Below, one piece after another: positions 58,563 to 64,000 of a stretch of 64,000 nt of DNA (its first letter is position 1; each line of letters opens with the position of its first letter). The translations under genes were made by a program, and so were the position numbers. The notes beneath the pieces were generated by a model. The model was not told the origin of the DNA. It saw only the letters and a list, made by a program, of their open reading frames with translations, and did no database searches. Source of the stretch: Humidesulfovibrio sp. (lineage in GTDB: Bacteria; Desulfobacterota; Desulfovibrionia; Desulfovibrionales; Desulfovibrionaceae). Location of the stretch: contig NZ_JAUYFU010000024.1 in NCBI RefSeq assembly GCF_030689645.1, forward strand, positions 56,807 to 120,806, read 5' to 3'.

Positions 58563-60005
58563 ATGCGGAACAACGGGCAGACATCGGCGGCGGGAGACTG
58601 GCGGGCATTCAGCGTGGCGGCCTCAGGCACCTTCATGGCCACCCTCGACGCCGGCATCGTCAATACTGCGCTGCCCACCATCGCCCTCGGATTCGGTGCG
58701 AGCCTGGCCCAGGCGCAATGGATCGTGGCCGGGTACTTTCTGGTCATCTCCTGTTTGCTGCCTTTGTTTGGCCGCATGGGCGACATGTATGGCCGCCGCC
58801 GCCTCTATTCCATCGGGTTCATCGTCTTCACCGCCGCCTCTCTTTTTTGCGGCTCCTCGCCGACGCTTTGGGCGCTCATAGCTGCGCGCGTGGGCCAGGG
58901 CGTTGGCGCGGCCATGCTCATGGCCAACGGCCCCGGCATCATCATGGCCGCCTTTCCAGGCCCCACGCGTGGCCGGGCCCTCGGCCTCACCGGCATGACC
59001 GTCGCCCTTGGGTCGCTGGCCGGGCCAGGCCTTGGCGGCCTGCTCATTCAGGGCTTCGGCTGGCGCAGCGTGTTCTACCTTAATATTCCCATCGGACTGC
59101 TGGGCCTGTTTCTGGCGCGGCGCTTCCTTCCCCCGCAGGAACGCCTGCGCGACGAAACCCTGGATCTTGGCGGCGCAGTGCTCTTCGCTCTGGGCATGAC
59201 CGGTTTGCTGCTTGCCATGAGCCACGGGCATGACTGGGGCTGGACCTCGCCTCCGGTGCTTGCCGGGCTGTGCGTCGCCCTGGTGGCCTTCCCCGGCTTT
59301 GCGGCCTGGGAGCGGCGCTGCCAGCATCCCATGCTGGACCTTTCGCTCTTCCGCATCTGGCCTTTTTTTTCCGGCAACGTGGTGGCGTTTCTTGCCTTTT
59401 TGAGCATGTTCACCAACGCCATTCTCCTGCCTTTCTACCTGCACGGTCAGCAGGGGCTGGAGCCCTACGCCACGGGGCTGGTGCTCTCGTCTCTGCCGCT
59501 GACCATGGCCGTGATCGCTCCGATGAGCGGGTATCTCTCCGAGCGCGTCAACTTCGCAACCCTCACGTCCATTGGCCTTGGCATAATGAGCTGCGGCCTG
59601 CTGCTGCTTTCGTCTCTGGCCTCTGATTCGCCCCTGTGGCGGGTGTATCTGGGGCAGGTTGTGCTGGGGATGGGCGTGGGCATGTTCATGTCGCCCAACA
59701 ACAACAGCGTGCTCTCCAGCGCCCCGCAGGACAAGGTGGGCCTTGTGGGCGGCGTGCTGGCCCTGGTGCGGAACGTGGGCATGGTTTCCGGCATCGCCGT
59801 GGCCATCACCGTGTTCGAGGGCTTCCAGGGCATGGGCTTGCGCGCTGGTGAGACTGCTGACGCGGCCTTCATGACCGGCTTCCATGCGGCGCTGACCGCA
59901 GGCGCCATCCTTGCTGCGGGCGCAGGATGTCTGTCGCTGTTCCGGCGCAGGCTTTTCAGCGCTAAGCCTGCCCAGGTTCACTGCGTGGTCAAAAAGGACG
60001 CCTGA
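58563..60005 (+). CDS. MFS transporter, 14-TMS DHA2 (EmrB/QacA-like)
   Basis: 480 aa from ATG 58563. FMATLDAGIVNTALPTI... and GRMGDMYGRRRLY motifs. Confidence 0.9.
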   Translation: MRNNGQTSAAGDWRAFSVAASGTFMATLDAGIVNTALPTIALGFGASLAQAQWIVAGYFLVISCLLPLFGRMGDMYGRRRLYSIGFIVFTAASLFCGSSPTLWALIAARVGQGVGAAMLMANGPGIIMAAFPGPTRGRALGLTGMTVALGSLAGPGLGGLLIQGFGWRSVFYLNIPIGLLGLFLARRFLPPQERLRDETLDLGGAVLFALGMTGLLLAMSHGHDWGWTSPPVLAGLCVALVAFPGFAAWERRCQHPMLDLSLFRIWPFFSGNVVAFLAFLSMFTNAILLPFYLHGQQGLEPYATGLVLSSLPLTMAVIAPMSGYLSERVNFATLTSIGLGIMSCGLLLLSSLASDSPLWRVYLGQVVLGMGVGMFMSPNNNSVLSSAPQDKVGLVGGVLALVRNVGMVSGIAVAITVFEGFQGMGLRAGETADAAFMTGFHAALTAGAILAAGAGCLSLFRRRLFSAKPAQVHCVVKKDA

Positions 60006-60020
60006 TCGAACATTCCGCTG

Positions 60021-60046
60021 CACGTTCCGCCTTCAGGCGGGACGTG
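60021..60046 (+). other. Hairpin downstream of the MFS gene
   Basis: cacgttccgcc ttca ggcgggacgtg, 11 bp including one G-U pair. No U-run follows. Confidence 0.35.
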
Positions 60047-60151
60047 GGCGCGCCTCATATTCCCCATTGATTTGCCCTGCCATTTTGCTACTGTGCGTAG
60101 TGTCCTTTCCCCGGACCTTCCGGGGCACGCGATGCACACGAGGCTGGCGCC

Positions 60152-61315
60152 ATGTTCAAACCATCACTTCCTGATTTCATGCGCCGCGGCACCTTCAAGC
60201 TCGCGGTCGCCATCGTGACGCTCCTCACCCTGAGTTCCACCGGAATTTATCTGCTGGAAGCTCGCACCGTTGTGCCCGGCCTGTTTGAGGCTTTGTGGTG
60301 GAGCGTGGTGACGCTGACCACTGTGGGCTATGGCGACATCGTGCCCGCCAGCACCAGCGGCAAGGTGCTGGGGCTCATGGTCATGGCTGGCGGCATTGGC
60401 CTTGTCTCCACCCTCACCGGAAACCTGGCCTCGCTCCTTGTTGAGCGCAAGGCCAAGAAACGCAAGGGGTTACTTGAAGTGAAGCAGAGCGGGCACGTCA
60501 TCATTCTTGGCTGGAATTCCTCGGTGCCGGGCCTGGTGCGGGGCCTGTGCGACAACGGCCTTGTGGACGGCGGGGGGCTGGTGCTCGTCACCGATCTGCC
60601 AGAGGAGCGTCGCGAGGAGATCGCCTTCCAGCTGGACCTGGGCGCGCGTTTGTCCTTCGTGTACGGCAAGATCGCCCAGGAGAACGTGGTGCACAAGTCC
60701 AGGCCGGACAACGCCTCGCTGGTGTATATCCTGCGCCAGGACAACATGCCGCCCCACGAGTCGGACCAGCAAAGCATATACGCCGCCCTCACCGTGCGCG
60801 GCATGGCGCCCAAGGTTCCCATATATGCCGAGGCGGCCCAGCCTGATAACCGCGTGCATCTCTTGCGCGCCGGGGTGACGGAGCTCATCGACAGGGGAGA
60901 GATTTCCAGCGGCGTGCTGGCCCTTTTGGGCGCTGCCCCGCCCGCCTGGAGCCTGCTGCAGGCCATGCTGGGCCTGCATGGCCGACCGGGCATCGCGCTG
61001 CGGCCCTTGACGCCGGAGGAGCAGGCCGACACCTGGGGCGAACTGGTGCGCCGCCTGCGCAAGCACGACGGCTGCCTGCCTCTGGCCCTGTGCCAGACCG
61101 CGCGCAGTCTTGCCCTGGAGGATATTCTGGACACGGGCTCGGCCCTTGACCAGTTCATCTTGGAGCTGTTCCAGTCCCATGGCCGGGAGACCAAGCTCGG
61201 CAACAAGGAGGCCGCTGTTCTGGTCAACCCGCAGGACGAACAGGCCCTGGCGGCCTTTGACGGGGTGCTGGTGCTGCGCGCTGGCGTGGGACCTGGCGGG
61301 GGGGAAGCTCAATGA
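60152..61315 (+). CDS. 2-TM potassium channel with cytoplasmic RCK/TrkA-N-like domain
   Basis: Selectivity filter is TLTTVGYGD, flanked by two TM helices. GHVIILGWNSSVPGLV starts a Rossmann-like domain that lacks GxGxxG. Confidence 0.88.
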   Translation: MFKPSLPDFMRRGTFKLAVAIVTLLTLSSTGIYLLEARTVVPGLFEALWWSVVTLTTVGYGDIVPASTSGKVLGLMVMAGGIGLVSTLTGNLASLLVERKAKKRKGLLEVKQSGHVIILGWNSSVPGLVRGLCDNGLVDGGGLVLVTDLPEERREEIAFQLDLGARLSFVYGKIAQENVVHKSRPDNASLVYILRQDNMPPHESDQQSIYAALTVRGMAPKVPIYAEAAQPDNRVHLLRAGVTELIDRGEISSGVLALLGAAPPAWSLLQAMLGLHGRPGIALRPLTPEEQADTWGELVRRLRKHDGCLPLALCQTARSLALEDILDTGSALDQFILELFQSHGRETKLGNKEAAVLVNPQDEQALAAFDGVLVLRAGVGPGGGEAQ

Positions 61316-61827
61316 ACGGGCTCGATTTCTCGTGCATCCCGGTGTTTCAGGACTTGAGCCCGGAGGAACTCGGCAAGGTTCAGGTCATCTTCCGCGAGGA
61401 GGCGCGGCCTTCTGGCAGCGTCATCATGGCCGAGGGCCAGGTGGGCGATGAGATGTTCATCCTGGTGCGCGGGCAGGTGCAGATTTCCAAGGCCATGCTG
61501 CTTGAGGGAATGAGCGTGCCGCTTTTGAACATGGAGTCGCCGCGCAAGGTGCTGGCCACCTTGAAGCACGACGCCCACCCTGTGCTGGGCGAACTGGCCC
61601 TCATCGACGCCGACCTGCGTTCCGCAACTGTGCGCGCAGTGACGGACTGTCTGTTTTTGATCACCAGCCGGGAGCTGTTTTTCGGTCTGGCGCAGCGCGA
61701 GCCCGAGATCGGCGTGAAGCTTCTGCTCACCCTTGGCCGACGCATGGCCAGCACTATCCGCCGCTCCAACTCCGAGGTGGTGAAGCTCACCACGGCCTTG
61801 GCCCTCTCGTTGCGAAAGGGCATCTGA
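61312..61827 (+). CDS. Stand-alone cyclic-nucleotide-binding-domain protein
   Basis: 171 aa. The phosphate-binding cassette is GELALIDADLRSATVRA. There is no HTH or other output domain. The ATG overlaps the channel stop (ATGA, 61312-61315). Confidence 0.8.
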   Translation: MNGLDFSCIPVFQDLSPEELGKVQVIFREEARPSGSVIMAEGQVGDEMFILVRGQVQISKAMLLEGMSVPLLNMESPRKVLATLKHDAHPVLGELALIDADLRSATVRAVTDCLFLITSRELFFGLAQREPEIGVKLLLTLGRRMASTIRRSNSEVVKLTTALALSLRKGI

Positions 61828-61854
61828 ATTCCGGCAACACGTTTTAGAAAATAG

Positions 61855-61883
61855 AAGGGCCGCCCCAAGTCGGAACGGCCCTT
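61855..61883. terminator. Bidirectional terminator between the cNMP-binding gene and cydB
   Basis: AAGGGCCG (61855-61862) pairs with CGGCCCTT (61876-61883). It is flanked by an A-run upstream and a T-run downstream. Confidence 0.7.
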
Positions 61884-61905
61884 TTCGCGTCGGCAAATCC
61901 AGGGA

Positions 61906-62922
61906 TTAGTATTCCATGTCCGCTTCGCTCTTGATGGGGCCGCTGAAGGTCTTGATGGCCCAGATCTGGTAGGCGATGACCAAGGGAATGAAGACCAGGG
62001 TCACGCCGAGCATGATCTTGAGGGTAAGGGCGCTGGAGGCGGAATTGTGGATGGTCAGGCTCCAGGCCGGGTTCAGGCTGGAGATGAGGATGGCCGGGAA
62101 CAGGCCCACCACGCCGAACATGACCACTCCGGCGATGAATACGGCGGAACCGGCCCAGGCCTTCCACAGCTTGCCCGCGCCCAGGTACAGCCGCGCGGCC
62201 ACAAGGCCCGACACTGCGGCGATGAGGATCAGGAACAGGTGCGGGTTCTTCATATAGTTGCCGAAGAGCTGCGTATGCACGTAAGTGTAGGCCAAAAACG
62301 CCACCACCAGGATCAGCACCGCAGGCCACAGCTTGCACGCCGTGGCCGCCGCGCGGGTCTTGAGGTCGCCGGTGGCGCGGATGGCCAGCCACAGGGCCCC
62401 GTGCATGGCGAACATGACCACGAAGAGCACGCCGCCGAGCAGGCCATAGGGGTTCAGCAGATCGACGATGCCGCCCTGGTTCACATGCTGTTCATCCAGC
62501 GGCAGGCCGTGGAACATGTTTGCGAAGGCAACGCCCAGCAGCAGGGCGGGCAGGAAGCTGCCAACTGTGTGGCAGGCGTCCCACAGGCTGCGCCAGGATA
62601 TGCTGTCCACCTTGTTGCGGAACTCGTAGGACACGCCGCGCACGATGAGCGCGAAGAGCAGCATCATCAGGGCGGTGTAAAGCCCGCTGAACATGGTGGC
62701 GTAGGCCAGGGGGAAGGCCGCGAAGGTCACGCCGCCAGCCGCGATGAGCCACACTTCATTGCCGTCCCAGAATGGGCCGCCGGCGTTGTAGATGCTGCGT
62801 TTTTCGAACTCATCCCTGGCCAGGAACGGCATCAGCGTGCCCATGCCCAGGTCGAAGCCGTCGAGGACGAAGTACATGGCCCAGAGCACTCCCCAGAGTA
62901 CAAACCAGATGGTCTCAAGCAT
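61906..62922 (-). CDS. cydB: Cytochrome bd oxidase subunit II
   Basis: 338 aa, MLETIWFVLWGVLWAMYFVLDGFDLGMG... Confidence 0.95.
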   Translation of the reverse strand: MLETIWFVLWGVLWAMYFVLDGFDLGMGTLMPFLARDEFEKRSIYNAGGPFWDGNEVWLIAAGGVTFAAFPLAYATMFSGLYTALMMLLFALIVRGVSYEFRNKVDSISWRSLWDACHTVGSFLPALLLGVAFANMFHGLPLDEQHVNQGGIVDLLNPYGLLGGVLFVVMFAMHGALWLAIRATGDLKTRAAATACKLWPAVLILVVAFLAYTYVHTQLFGNYMKNPHLFLILIAAVSGLVAARLYLGAGKLWKAWAGSAVFIAGVVMFGVVGLFPAILISSLNPAWSLTIHNSASSALTLKIMLGVTLVFIPLVIAYQIWAIKTFSGPIKSEADMEY

Positions 62923-62955
62923 TTCCGACTCCTTGGTGTCGTTTGGGTTCCGGGC

Positions 62956-64000
62956 CTAAGCGTCCTGGGGGCCCTTGCGGGCGGCGGTGACCATAAGGAA
63001 GGCCCCGGCCGCGCCGAGCAGGGTGTACAGAAGCAACATAGCCACAAGAGAACCGCCCGCCTGCGCGACAGTGATGGGCGAGACTGCGTCTGCCGTGCGC
63101 ATGAGGCCATAGACGATCCAGGGCTGGCGGCCCACCTCGGCCACGACCCAGCCCGCCTGCATTCCCAGGTAGGGCAGTGGAATGGCGAAGATGAGCGCCT
63201 TGAGATAAAGAGGATAGCTGGCAAGGGTGTCGCGCTTCAACAGGCCGAAGAGCATCAAGAGCGGCATGAGGGTGCCGATGCCCACCATGAGGCGGAAAGC
63301 GATGAAGGTGATGCCCACGGGCGGACGGTCGGCAGCGGGGTAATCCTTGAGCCCCTTCACCTCGGCGTCGGGATCATTGTAGGCGAGGATGCTCAGCAGG
63401 GAGGGGACTGGCAGGGCCTGCACCAGATTCTTCTCACCCTTTTCGTCTGGAATCTGCAGCAGGTACATGGGCGCATTCCTGGTCGTTTCCCAGTGGGCTT
63501 CCATAGCCGCAAGCTTGACGGGCTGAAGCTTGGCCACAAGGTTGCCGTGCGCGTGCCCCTGGATCGCGACGATGGCCGTGGACGCCAGGCCTATTGAAAG
63601 GGCCAGTTTCATGGACTTGGTGAAGAACTCCACGTTCTGCTTGCGCAGAAGGTGCCAGGCGCTGATGCCGGCCACGAAAAAGGCGGCCACGCAGAAGGAC
63701 GCTGACACCACGTGGACGAACTGGTTCCATGCCCATGGGTTGCTGATGACTGCCACGAAATCCGTCAACTCAGCACGCCCGTTTCTGATCTCATAACCCA
63801 GGGGGTTCTGCATGAAGCCGTTGGCGATGAGGATCCAGATGGCGGAAAGATTGCCCGCCCCGGCCACCAGCCATGCGCTTGCCGCGTGGGCCTTGGGGGA
63901 GAGCTTGTCCCAGCCGAAGTGCCACACGCCTATGAAGGTGGACTCCAGGAAAAATGCCGCCGTGGCCTCGATCGCCAGCAGCGAGCCGAAAATGTCGCCC
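62956..64000 (-). CDS. cydA: Cytochrome bd oxidase subunit I (N-terminus beyond window end)
   Basis: The frame is open to the window edge (GDIFGSLLAIEATAAFFLESTFIGVWHFGWDKLSP...). The Met at 63927 in the track is internal. Confidence 0.95.
   Translation of the reverse strand, partial: GDIFGSLLAIEATAAFFLESTFIGVWHFGWDKLSPKAHAASAWLVAGAGNLSAIWILIANGFMQNPLGYEIRNGRAELTDFVAVISNPWAWNQFVHVVSASFCVAAFFVAGISAWHLLRKQNVEFFTKSMKLALSIGLASTAIVAIQGHAHGNLVAKLQPVKLAAMEAHWETTRNAPMYLLQIPDEKGEKNLVQALPVPSLLSILAYNDPDAEVKGLKDYPAADRPPVGITFIAFRLMVGIGTLMPLLMLFGLLKRDTLASYPLYLKALIFAIPLPYLGMQAGWVVAEVGRQPWIVYGLMRTADAVSPITVAQAGGSLVAMLLLYTLLGAAGAFLMVTAARKGPQDA

Overview
GC-rich chromosomal segment whose gene content and order look like a Desulfovibrio-type sulfate reducer (Desulfovibrionaceae). 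All calls come from reading the supplied translations and the DNA by eye. No BLAST, HMM or folding was run, so family names are motif-level recognitions. Start codons were chosen from Shine-Dalgarno spacing and family N-termini, and are often internal to the track ORFs.

Layout:
- 1-15.5 kb: 3' end of fusA, then the S10-spc-alpha ribosomal superoperon (rpsJ to rplQ, with secY, map and rpoA). It includes a 37-codon rpmJ that is missing from the ORF track, and ends in a clean intrinsic terminator.
- 15.6-21.3 kb: LysR regulator and a futalosine-route menaquinone cluster (mqnA, a fused double radical-SAM gene, a TetR gene with a perfect palindromic operator, mqnD).
- 21.4-31.6 kb: periplasmic rhodanese, an aor / aldolase-like / EamA / DUF45 string, a TPR protein, a DUF401 membrane protein, an AEC transporter and PhzF.
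- 31.9-40.7 kb: minus-strand housekeeping string carB-purF-kdsD-ykgJ-like-mrcA. carB carries a single in-frame TAG inside a conserved motif.
- 40.8-47.2 kb: lipoprotein, secreted orthocaspase with coiled-coil/TPR/C-terminal anchor, USP, atypical kinase-fold protein, FmdE/molybdopterin-binding fusion.
- 47.4-53.3 kb: cytochrome c, Phs/Psr-type molybdopterin reductase, FeS subunit, cytochrome b, triple rhodanese, then a His-less CsoR-family (CstR-like) regulator. Matching C4/G4 inverted repeats sit in the promoter regions. This is my best candidate for an undescribed regulatory system.
- 53.4-64 kb: TetR-MFP-RND pump, MFS exporter, K+ channel translationally coupled to a stand-alone cNMP-binding protein, and cydBA (cydA truncated by the window end).

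I saw no rRNA, tRNA, CRISPR array, transposase or integrase. Many long ORFs in the track are antisense or alternate-frame shadows typical of GC-rich DNA and were not called.
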